This document shows, piece after piece, positions 28,579-40,320 of a stretch of DNA of 64,000 nt (position 1 is its first letter; the number at the start of each line of letters is the position of its first letter). The stretch covers positions 34,587 to 98,586 of the forward strand of contig CAVPHA010000015.1 of assembly GCA_963704125.1 (NCBI GenBank), written 5' to 3'. Origin of the DNA: an uncultured Acidobacteriota bacterium. Its GTDB lineage: Bacteria > Acidobacteriota > Thermoanaerobaculia > Thermoanaerobaculales > Sulfomarinibacteraceae. Below the pieces are notes generated by a model, which searched no databases, was not told the DNA's origin, and worked only from the letters and a program-made list of their open reading frames with translations. The translations under genes were made by a program, and so were the position numbers.

Positions 28579-29267
28579 CTACCCGGCCGCCGTCGGCCGG
28601 GTCGATTGCCGGCGCAGCCGCGCCGGACTCGCGCGCTCAGGCGGACGCCGGGAGCGCCGCTGTCCTCCGGTCAGCTCGCGGTAGAGCCAGGCCTTGGCCA
28701 TGGCCCAGTCCCGCTTGACCGTGATCTCCGACACCTTCTGGACGACCGCGACCTCCTCGATCGACAGACCACCGAAGTAGCGGAGCTCGACGACCTCGGC
28801 CTGGCGCTCGTCCAGCGCAGCGAGCCGTTCCAGCGCCTGGTGGAGGAGCAGGACATCGGTTTCGGGGGGCGCCGACACCTCGGCCGCGTCGTCGAGCGAG
28901 ATGCGCAGCGCATCACCGCCGCGCTTGGCGGCGGCCCGGGAGCGGGCGTGATCGACGAGGATGCGCCGCATGAGCTGGGCGGCGACGCCGTGGAACTGGG
29001 CCCGGTTCTTCCAACGCGCGCTCCGCTGGTCGACGAGCCGCAGGAAGGTCTCGTGCACCAGGGCGGTCGGCTGCAGCGTGTGCGACTCCGCGCTCACGCG
29101 CCAGTTGTCGGCCCGCCTGGCGTTTGAGCTCGGCGTAGACCAAGCGGCACGAGCCGGTCGAGCGCCTGACGGTCGCCGTCGCCCCAGGCCAGCAACAGTT
29201 CGGTGACGCCCTGTTCCAAACCACCGCTCCAATCACCCGCCGAATCGACCCGCGGGTCCGCTCATCA
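28579..29267 (-). CDS. ECF-type RNA polymerase sigma factor (PF07638/TIGR02999-like), about 3 frame interruptions
   Basis: VTELLLAWGDGDRQALDRLVPL / VYAELKRQAGRQLARE / HTLQPTALVHETFLRLVDQRSARWKNRAQFHGVAAQLMRRILVDHARSRAAAKRGG ... LRYFGGLSIEEVAVVQKVSEITVKRDWAMAKAWLYREL. Start assigned to ATGATG at 29267. Confidence 0.8.
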
Positions 29268-29279
29268 TAGCCAATCGCC

Positions 29280-31730
29280 TCACCGCGCGCCGGAACCGGA
29301 AGCGCAGCGCGCCGCGGCCGCCCGGAGCCGCTGTCGTTCGGCGGCGGCGTCCCCATCGAGGGCGCCGCCGGCCTCCGCCTCGGCCCACAGGGCGAGGGCC
29401 TCGTCGAGGACGGGCTGGATCTCGGCGCACGGCGCGTCGCCGTCGCCGACGACCGCGGCCAGAGCTCCGGCAAGACGAAGACATCCGCTGCGCAGCACGT
29501 TGCGGGCCCGGACGTCCTCGGGGTCGGCCTCGGAAACCGTCCGGCGGAGATCGACCGCCTGCTCGTAGTGCGCCGCCGCCTGACGCGGCTGCCCGAGCTC
29601 GAGCAGGACGTAGCCGAGATCGCCGTGATCGAAGGACACGTCGAGCATCGTCTCGGGGTGGCCCGGGCTCGCCGCCAGGCGCGCCTCGTCGATGGCGAGC
29701 GCCTCCGCCAGGATCGTCGAGCGCCCCTTCGAGGTCGCCGACGACCGACCGCACCGCACCCACCTTCTTGCAGGCGAGCGCGAGGTTGCGCCGGTCGCCG
29801 TCGGTCGCGGTCGGGCGCCTCGCCGAGACTCCGGTAGATCGCGAGGCACTCCTCGAAACCCACCAGGGCGCCTTCGAAGTCGCCTTCGTCCGTCCGCAGC
29901 TGGGCGGTGTCCCAGAGGCTCGAGGCGACCGCCGCGACGCACTCTCGGATCGTCCGGGGCGGCTGCGGCTGCGGCTCGGCGAAGAACGAGCGCCGCGTCG
30001 ATACTCCCGTGCCTGCCCCTCGCGATCCCCGACCGCCCCGAAGAGGTCGCCGAGGGTGCCGTGCGACCGCGCCAGGGAGAGCCGCGCGTCCAGACCGGCC
30101 GGATCGGCCCGGACGATCGCCTCGCGCAGGGCGACCGCCCGCCGCTGGCTGGCGATGGCGCCCTCGGCGTCGCCGAGATTGGCCACCCCGACCCCGCCCT
30201 GGACCGCGGCGATCCGCTCGAACGCCCCGGCGAGCTCGGCCTGGAGGGCGGCGTCGTCGCCGGCCTCCCGCTCGAGGCGTTCCAGGTACTCGAGACCGAC
30301 CTCGACGATCCGCTTGCGCACCGGCGTCGATCCCGGGAGCGCGGCGACCTGCGCTTCGATCTCGAAGACGAACGTCCCCGCCAGCCGCCGCACCTCGTCG
30401 AAGCGGCGTTCGGCGACGGCGCGCTCGGTGCGCGCGACGCGGGCCTGGCTGCACGGTTGCGACGAGCCCGCCGCAAAGGCTGACGAAGGCGAGCAGGGTC
30501 GCGATCGACGCCGCCCGATGGCGACCGAGGAACTTCCGGGCGCGATAGGCGAGGCGGTCGGGCCGCGCGCGGATCGGCAGGCCGGTGAGGTGCCGGCGGA
30601 GATCCTCCGACAGCTGCACCACCGAGGTGTAGCGACGTGCGGGGTCCTTGGCCATGGCGCGCAGCACGATGGTGTCGAGGTCACCCTCGAGGCTCCGCCG
30701 CAGCCGACGGAGGTTGGCGTCGGGCGGACCGGCCGGCGACGCCATCGCCGCCCGTTCGCCCGGATCGGCCGGGCAGCGGCCGCATCACCGCCTGGCTCGG
30801 GCGGGTCACCTCCTGCTCGCAGATCGCGCGCAGCATCTCGTCGGCGCTGCGCGAGCCGAGGTCGTACGGCCTGCGCCCGGTGAGCAGCTCGTAGAGCATG
30901 ACGCCGAGGGCGTAGACGTCGGTGGCGGTCGTCACCGGTTCGCCGCGGATCTGCTCGGGGCTCGCGTACTCCGGGGTCATCCACCAGCCGGTCGCGGGCG
31001 CCGCGGGCAACGAGTCGGTCGGGTCCGGCGCGAGCAGCTTCGCGATGCCGAAGTCGAGGAGCTTCAGGGTGCCGTCGGCGGTGACCAGGTGGTTCGCGGG
31101 CTTGAGGTCGCAGTGCACGACGAGCCGGCTGTGGGCGAGGGCGACCGCGGTGCAGGCGGTGCGGACCAGCTCGATCCGCGCCGCGATGCCGAGACCGCGC
31201 TCGCGGCAGTGGACGTCGATGGGCGATCCCTCGACCAACTCCATGACGCAGTAGAGCCGACCGGTTTCATCGGCGCCGGCGTCGAGCAGACCGGCGATGT
31301 TGGGGTGCTCGAGCGAGGCCAGGATCCGGCGCTCGCGGCGGAATCGCTCCTCGAAGAACTCGGACTCGAGGTCCGGTGTGGAGGAGCTTGAGGGCAACCT
31401 CCTTGTGGAAGGCGTCGTCGTCGCGGACCGCCCGGTAGACGACTCCCATGCCGCCCCGGCCGATCTCGGAGAGCACGCGGTAGGCGCCGAACCGCCGCCC
31501 CAGGGGCGAGGGGGCGGACGCCTGCGTCATCGCCAAGTCAGGATCTCGGCCGCCGGGGTCTCGAGAAACGGACCGGCGTTCTGCTCGGCGGCGAGCAGCG
31601 ACTCGAGTTCGGATCGCAGCTCTCGATCGTCGCCGCAGGCGCGGTCGAGGAAATCCGTCCGCTCGGCGGGGTCGAGCGACTGGGCCTCGGCGAAGAGCCC
31701 CTTGAGGCGCTGCCAACGGTCCGGCTTCAC
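29280..31730 (-). CDS. Serine/threonine protein kinase with TM segment and C-terminal TPR-like region, at least 8 frame interruptions
   Basis: N-term MKPDRWQRLKGLFAEAQSLDPAERTDFLDRACGDDRELRSELESLL; GRGGMGVVYRA; HCDLKPANHLV; DFGIAKLL; MTPEYASPEQ; DLDTIVLRAMAKDPARRY. A helical repeat tail lies across three frames. Confidence 0.8.
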
Positions 31731-31978
31731 ATCGACCGCCCAGACGCCGCCCGGCCGGTCTCGTAAACACCCGCCGCCGCCCGGCCGAACCCGGTGAGAG
31801 CGTCGACATCACGATCGATCGGGAGCCTCATGCCGTCATGTCCTTGTCCGGTTGGGGTGCCGAACACACCGATTCTATCCTGTTTGTCCGCTACTTCGGA
31901 CCACCGAAAGGCCTGCATCGCAGCTGTTCGGGATTCCGAGGTGCGGTTCGAGGTTCCGCCGCCGTGAGAACATAAGCC

Positions 31979-32188
31979 ATGCCATCCGCCTCGAGTTTGT
32001 TTGTCGGGATTCTCACCGGCGCGCTGGGAGTCGCGTATTTCGTTTACGGGAAGCGGCAGCAGAGGATCGGCTTCCTCGCGGCCGGTGTGGCTCTCTGCGT
32101 CTTTCCCTATCTCGTCGATGGAGCCATTCTACAGATCCTCGTCGGTCTCGGACTGCTGGCGGCGCCGTTTCTCGCTTCCAGGCATTGA
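31979..32188 (+). CDS. Small hydrophobic membrane protein (2-3 TM), function unknown
   Basis: 69 codons: MPSASSLFVGILTGALGVAYFVYGKRQQRIGFLAAGVALCVFPYLVDGAILQILVGLGLLAAPFL. Coding status is inferred only from hydrophobic periodicity and the intact ORF. Confidence 0.4.
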   Translation: MPSASSLFVGILTGALGVAYFVYGKRQQRIGFLAAGVALCVFPYLVDGAILQILVGLGLLAAPFLASRH

Positions 32189-32251
32189 TCGATCGAGAGA
32201 TCGAGGGGAGAGCCGGAGTCATCGCGTCGGATCGCTCCCACCCGGTGGTTA

Positions 32252-33133
32252 TCAGTGGGCGTGGCTGTGGGCGATCTCGGCGGCGGTCGCGTTCTCGACC
32301 TTGGTCACGGTGACACTGAAGACCACATCCTTGCCGGCGAACGGGTGATTTCCGTCCATCCTGGCCGTGGTGTCATCGAGGTGGATGATGGTCAGCGGGA
32401 CCGGCCGGCCATTCTGGTCCTGGGTGGCGACCATGCTCCCGACCGCGACATCCGGGGGCAGTTGACTCCGTTTGACCTCGATGATCCGCGATTCATCGCG
32501 TTCCCCGAACGCATCCGCGCATGGGATTTCGACGGTCTTCTGCGCGTCCACCTCGAGACCTGCGACCGCGTTCTCGAGAGCCGGGAGCAGTTGCCCGACG
32601 CCGTGGAGATAGCGCATGGGTCCGACGCGCGTCGACGAGTCGAGGATGCGGCCCTCGGCGTCTGAGAGCTCGAAATCGAGGGTAACGATCCGCCCTTCGC
32701 GGATATCGGCCACCCCTTCGATGGGCTCTCTCTTGACTTCGTCGTGGTGGTGTCCGCCACAACCGCCACCGCCACCGCCGCAGGTCTGCGCCTCGTCGAA
32801 CGCCGGACAGCCACCCTTGATGAAGAGTTCGACCGCATCCCGGACGGACTGGGCATCCTGTTTGAAATGGACGGCGATGCCGACCTGCTGAAACCCTGCG
32901 AGCGGGCGTTGACCCATCCCGCCGGCGAGCAGAACATCGACGCCCTTCTCCTTGAGGAGGTTGACCGGCGCCATGCAGCCGCCCTCTTCGTGGCCGCCGT
33001 TCGGGACGATCGAGACCTCGCCGATCTCACCGCTCCCGACCTCGACGAGGGTAAAGGCCCCACAGTGGCCGAAGTGTTCGGAGATGGTGGCGTCGAGGCC
33101 TTCGGACGAATCGGATGGGATGGCTATCAGCAT
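32252..33133 (-). CDS. Fusion protein: NifX/NifB-type FeMo-cofactor-binding-like domain + SlyD-type FKBP peptidyl-prolyl isomerase
   Basis: ATG 33133. MLIAIPSD...ISEHFGHCGAFTLVEV...GVDVLLAGGMGQRPLAGFQQVGIAV (PF02579-like). Linker CGGGGGGCGGHHH. Then IVTLDFELSDAEGRILDSS...HPFAGKDVVFSVTVTKV (SlyD FKBP with IF insert). His-rich end HSHAH. Intact, 293 codons. Confidence 0.8.
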   Translation of the reverse strand: MLIAIPSDSSEGLDATISEHFGHCGAFTLVEVGSGEIGEVSIVPNGGHEEGGCMAPVNLLKEKGVDVLLAGGMGQRPLAGFQQVGIAVHFKQDAQSVRDAVELFIKGGCPAFDEAQTCGGGGGGCGGHHHDEVKREPIEGVADIREGRIVTLDFELSDAEGRILDSSTRVGPMRYLHGVGQLLPALENAVAGLEVDAQKTVEIPCADAFGERDESRIIEVKRSQLPPDVAVGSMVATQDQNGRPVPLTIIHLDDTTARMDGNHPFAGKDVVFSVTVTKVENATAAEIAHSHAH

Positions 33134-33227
33134 GGCATTCCTTTCGCGGCCTGAAATGGTACTCCTCGCACCGGGCTCTGTCGACCCCGATGGCGAGGTC
33201 TCTTCCACAGCCCGGACGGGTGGCGGT

Positions 33228-33256
33228 TTGACAATCTGTACAATTTTCTGTACATT
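33228..33256 (+). promoter_or_regulatory. Promoter (TTGACA-17-TACATT) with two embedded TGTACA operator cores for the phd/vapC operon
   Basis: -35 at 33228-33233 and -10 at 33251-33256. TGTACA at 33237-33242 and 33249-33254 (12 bp centre to centre). TGTACA cores are the known YefM/Phd-type operator motif. Confidence 0.6.
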
Positions 33257-33280
33257 GAGGGACAGAAAGCCGGTGCCCCG

Positions 33281-33520
33281 ATGAAAACTGTTTCACTGAC
33301 CGAGTTTCGCAACAATGCCTCGGGCATGTTGACCGACGTCGAACATGGCGAGGAGCTTGTGGTGCTTCGGCACGGACGGCCGATCGCCAAGGTCTCTCCG
33401 GTCAAGAGATCCGGGGATTTGGCTCCGTCCTGGCAGGGCCCGGCCCTGCGCCTTACAGCCAAGGGCGCCGACCTCGCGGCGGCAATCCTGGAAGCCCGTG
33501 ATCGTGAAGACCTTTCTTGA
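33281..33520 (+). CDS. Type II antitoxin, Phd/YefM family
   Basis: 79 codons. MKTVSLTEFRNNASGMLTDVEHGEELVVLRHGRPIAKVSP is the canonical Phd/YefM N-terminal fold signature. It overlaps the toxin start. Confidence 0.85.
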   Translation: MKTVSLTEFRNNASGMLTDVEHGEELVVLRHGRPIAKVSPVKRSGDLAPSWQGPALRLTAKGADLAAAILEARDREDLS

Positions 33521-33917
33521 CTCCTCGTCATTCGCGAAACGCTTCGTCGAAGAGCCGGGTAGTGATGCCGTCGAAGCGGCGTGCGGTCGAGCCACCGAAC
33601 TGGGCCTGAGCGTCATCTGTATTCCCGAGATCCTCTCGGCGCTCAATCGGCGGCTCCGAGAACGCGCCCTCACCCGCCGGCAATACACCTTGGCCAAACG
33701 GCGTCTCATCCATGACGTCCGCGATGCGGACATCGTCAACCTGACCGGACCCGTGGTCAGATCGTCGATCGCGGTGCTCGAGGAGAGTCCTGTGCGGGCG
33801 ATGGACGCGCTGCACATCGCCTGCGCGCTCGAGTGGAACGCGGAGCTCTTCGTCTCCGCGGACCAACGGCAGCTGCGCGCGGCAAAGAGGACCGGGCTGA
33901 AGACGCTCCAAACTTAA
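33498..33917 (+). CDS. vapC: Type II toxin, PIN-domain ribonuclease VapC
   Basis: GTG 33498 (or 33504). FLDSSSFAKRFVEE (first acidic Asp), PEILSAL, AMDALHIACAL, FVSADQRQ: the conserved PIN acidic residues are in order. About 139 codons, intact. Confidence 0.8.
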   Translation: MIVKTFLDSSSFAKRFVEEPGSDAVEAACGRATELGLSVICIPEILSALNRRLRERALTRRQYTLAKRRLIHDVRDADIVNLTGPVVRSSIAVLEESPVRAMDALHIACALEWNAELFVSADQRQLRAAKRTGLKTLQT

Positions 33918-33934
33918 ACGGGAATACGTCGAGG

Positions 33935-35482
<1,548 letters not shown>

Positions 35483-35492
35483 GACCGCTCCC

Positions 35493-35776
35493 CTACTTCT
35501 TGCGGGCGCTGAACATCTTCAGCATGCGGTTGGTGACGAGGAATCCGCCGACCACGTTGACGGCCGCAAAGGCGACGGCGACGGTGGCCAGGATCTTGGA
35601 GATCTCGGGGCTGTCGATGGCCCCGGCGAGGATCAGGGCGCCGATGATGGTGATGCCCGAGATCGCGTTGGACCCCGACATCAGCGGGGTGTGCAGGGTC
35701 GGCGGGACCTTGGTGATGATCTCGAAACCGACGAAGATCGCCAGCACGAAGACGGTCAGCAGCATGACGAGGTCGC

Positions 35777-35780
<4 letters not shown>
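35493..35780 (-). CDS. pntAB: NAD(P) transhydrogenase subunit alpha part 2
   Basis: 95 codons, intact. MSDLVMLLTVFVLAIFVGFEIITKVPPTLHTPLMSGSNAISGI. ATG overlaps the pntAA TGA (ATGA). Confidence 0.9.
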
Positions 35781-36954
<1,174 letters not shown>

Positions 36955-36993
36955 CGTTGATTGTCCCTTCGATGCATAACCGGGGCCGGACCC

Positions 36994-37915
36994 CTACTGG
37001 ATCAACCAACGCAGAGACTCGGCCGACATTCCCACCGGCTCGCCGCAGAGATCGATAAAGGCCTTCCAGTCGCCCTGCCCGGGCTGGAACTCGGCGTCCG
37101 AGGTTGCCTGGTCGATGCGCGACATATAGGCCAAGAAAGGCGGCGGCCTCGAGGTCGGGATTCTCGGGATCCACTTCGCACGGGTCCCACGTCACGGTGT
37201 CCGGGTCGATCACGACCTCGACCCGTCCCGGGGTGGTCATGGTCGAGCACACCGAGCTGCTCGAGGCTCCACTGCGACATGGAAAAGGCGGGTACCCGCT
37301 TGCGCACCGATGCGATCTCGGTCCCGGTCGCCGAGTAAGGTGCTGATGATGAAGTCGGTCCCGGTGACCGAGAGGTTCACCACCCCGACATTGGAGCGCA
37401 CCGCGTCGTCGAACCGCGCCCCGGGAAGAACCAGGCGGCCCGGCGCCACCATCACGCCGAGCAGATTCGAAACCACGGCCTGCCCGTAGGTCGCGGCGGG
37501 GTCGGCGTTGTTGAAGATCCGGGTCGCGGCGGTGAGCTGGGCATAGTCCTCGTCGCCGGCGTCGCGCAGCTCGGCGAGCAGCACCAGGGTTCCCTTGGTG
37601 TTCCCCTGGTCCGGGAACCAGGTACCGAGGGCATCCTCGACGGTCAAGGTCTCGCCGGCGGCCAGGGGAAAGTCCTCGAGCGGGACGAAGGGGAGGATGT
37701 GCGGCGTGTTCTCCCGGAGAAAGGCGGCCGTGACATCGATGGTGCCGTCGCTGACGTTGGACAGCGAGATCGAGGTCATCCAATCGGCGCCGGCGACCCC
37801 GCTGTTCTTGGCGATCACGGGCACGATGTGCGCCGGGGCCGCGATCTGGGCGGCGCACGGCAAGGCCACGAGGAGCAGAGCGAACGATCGTCACGGGCCG
37901 GAGGACGTGTTTCAT
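36994..37915 (-). CDS. Secreted hypothetical protein related to the C-terminal modules of the 25685-28478 exoprotein, about 3 frame interruptions
   Basis: GGAGA lies before ATG 37915. MKHVLRPVTIVRSA.. signal, then IVPVIAKNSGVAGADWMTSISLSNVSDGTIDVTAAFLREN...AAGETLTVEDALGTWF...TKGTLVLL, parallel to AIPAVARVAGSGAFFTSRVALFHTGAGDRKVVVTYF... in the exoprotein. Confidence 0.5.
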
Positions 37916-38019
37916 GTCGGTTTCTCCCATTGTTGCGTTCGTGGTTGGAGTGTAACCCGCCCGTCCCGCCGATTGCCACCGGGAAGAAGACCGTCGCTGA
38001 GTGAGCAAATCCCGAGCGG

Positions 38020-40013
38020 ATGTTCGGGCCGGGCCGCCGCTCCGATATCATCTCCTGGTGCACTCGCTTCAGTTGCTTGATTGTCATTCTCCTCGCTGCG
38101 GCCGCCGCCGGCGCCGGATCGCCGGCCACGGTCGAGATCGTCCTCGATGCATCGGCGGCGATGAACCGCCCGGGGCCGGGAGGAAGTGCGATCGAAGCCC
38201 TCGTCCGCGAGGCGATGGCGGCGATCGTGGCCGAGACCGCCGAACTCCAACCGGACTTGAAGATCGGGTTGCGTCTCGCCGGCGGCGATCGCCGGACCGA
38301 GAGCCTCGGGTCCTGTGCGGCGATGAGCCTCGCCCTTCCGCCGGCCGACCTCGACCCGGAACAGTGGCTCAGAGATCTCGACGCCATCGAACCCTGGGGT
38401 CTGCGTCCCCTGATCGCCTCGACCCTGGCAGCGCTCGACGATCTCGACCCGGCGCCGGGCACGCGGCGGATCGTCATCGTGACCTCGGGTGACGACGAGT
38501 GCGGGCTCGGACCGCAGCAGGTCGCCGCGGCCCTGAGCGCCCAGCACCGACCGACCGAGCTTCGGATGGTCGGTCTCGGCCTCGATCAGGACATCGCCGA
38601 GAAGTTCGGGGCGGTCCCCCTTCGCAACGCCACCACCACCGAGGAACTCCTGGCCGCCCTTCGATGGGCGATCCTCGACACCGAGAGCGAGGTGCGGCCC
38701 ACCGGAGCGCTCCTACCTGAAACTCGCCACCGAGACCCCTGAGCCCGTGGTCGCCCGGGTGGATCTGGTCGATATGGCAACCGGGGAGATCCTTCACCGA
38801 GACCGTCACAGGAGAGGCGGGCTTCGACCTCCCCGCGGGCCGTTACAGCATCGCGGTGGTCCCGGAAACCGGGAGATTGCACGAATTCAGAGATCTCGTA
38901 ATCCCGGCCGGCGCCGCGACCCGAATCGAGCTCGATCTGAATTCCCGGCAGCCGACGGCCATCGACGTGGGAACCGACCCCATCGTCGTCGGCGCCCCGA
39001 CCTGGATCGACATCGCCGGGTACGTCCCCGACCGGGCGCGCCTGCTCTTTGTCGACGCCAACGGACTCGCCGTCTCTCCTTCGACGGATCCGTTCGAGGA
39101 CGATGGCTGGAGCGCAGTGGCGCCGCCGGTCCGGACCCCTTGATCTGCTCCTTGTCGAGCCTGAAGCTGGGGGCGTCCGCCGGGTGCTCGCGACGCGTCC
39201 GATCATTGCGATCACGACCGCACCGAGTCTCACCGCTCCCGATGAAATCGGCATCGATGAAGAGTTCACGGTGGGATGGTCGGGTGCCAAGGAAGCCGGG
39301 GACTTTGTCGCCTTGGTTCCGCGAGCCGGCGCCCCGACGGATGCGCTCTGGTGCGCCGGAGCCGGGACCCAGGTCCGAGGCTCGGTTGAACGCGCCGCCG
39401 ACCGAGGCGGAACTCGATCTCATCTACGTCGTCGGCGTCACGATGTCGGTCGCGGCCAGGCACCCCGTCGAGGTGACAGCGCCCTTGGCCTCGGTCGCCG
39501 TCCACGGCGAGGACGGCACCGGGTGAGACCATCGAGGTGAAGTGGACCGGGCCCGAAAACGATGAGGATTACCTCAGTCTGGCCGAGGCCGGATCGCCCG
39601 ACGACGCCTACGTCGAGTGGGCGAGGGTCGAAGACGGCAACCCGGCGGTCTTTCGTGCACCGGGCTCTCCGGGTAGCTACGAGGCGCGGTACGTCGATGG
39701 CCGAACCGGTGAGGCGCGGGCGCGGACGCCGGTCGAGGTCGTCGCCGTTACCGCCGCATTGGTGACGCCGGCGACGGCACGGGCCGGAATGCGGTTCGAG
39801 ATCGGCTGGACCGGACCGAATTCCCCCGGAGACATGCTCGCCATCGCCAAACCCGGCGCCGATCCGGACCGTTGGCTCGACTGGGCGCCGACCACCATCG
39901 GTTCCCCCCTCACCCTTGCGGCCCCGACCACACCGGGCACCTACGAGATCCGCTATGTCGCCAAAACGGGTCCGCAAATCCTCGCCACCGCCGTGATCAA
40001 GATCCGACAGTGA
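38020..40013 (+). CDS. Exported von Willebrand factor A domain protein with C-terminal repeat domains, about 5 frame interruptions
   Basis: Signal/TM CLIVILLAAAAAGAG. MIDAS-like VEIVLDASAAMN...IVIVTSGDDEC. C-terminal repeats: FTVGWSGAKEAGDFVALVP, IEVKWTGPENDEDYLSLAE, FEIGWTGPNSPGDMLAIAKPG ... PGTYEIRYV. Confidence 0.7.
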
Positions 40014-40320
40014 ACCGCCACGTCGAGAATGGCGGGTGCGATTTCCGGAGTTGGCGCCCGAGCTCCGGTGTGACGCTCTTGTCCTCGCCCATCTGCCGCC
40101 GGAGACCACCGCCGAGACCATCCTCGAGCGGTTACCCGAGGAACTCCCGGGAGCGGCAACCATCGTGCCCTGGGTGGCGGGACCTAAGGGGTGTGAACCC
40201 ATCGATGACGGCGATCGTTCCGGTTTTCCGAATCGACGCCCGTTCCACCGATGCTCGAGGTCTGTGGGTACTCGCGGGCGAGACGCCCGCAATGGGCCGA
40301 TCCGATCTACGGGACGAGCG

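Noticed and set aside
29768-30883. Several 200-370-aa plus-strand ORFs across 29200-31400
   Set aside because: They are antisense to the Ser/Thr kinase/TPR gene, whose kinase motifs are clear on the minus strand. They are extremely Arg/Pro-rich.
31727-31918. 63-aa minus-strand ORF upstream of the kinase as an N-terminal extension
   Set aside because: The kinase-type leader (MKPDRWQRLKGLF...) starts cleanly at ATG 31730, and the upstream ORF has no homology pattern.
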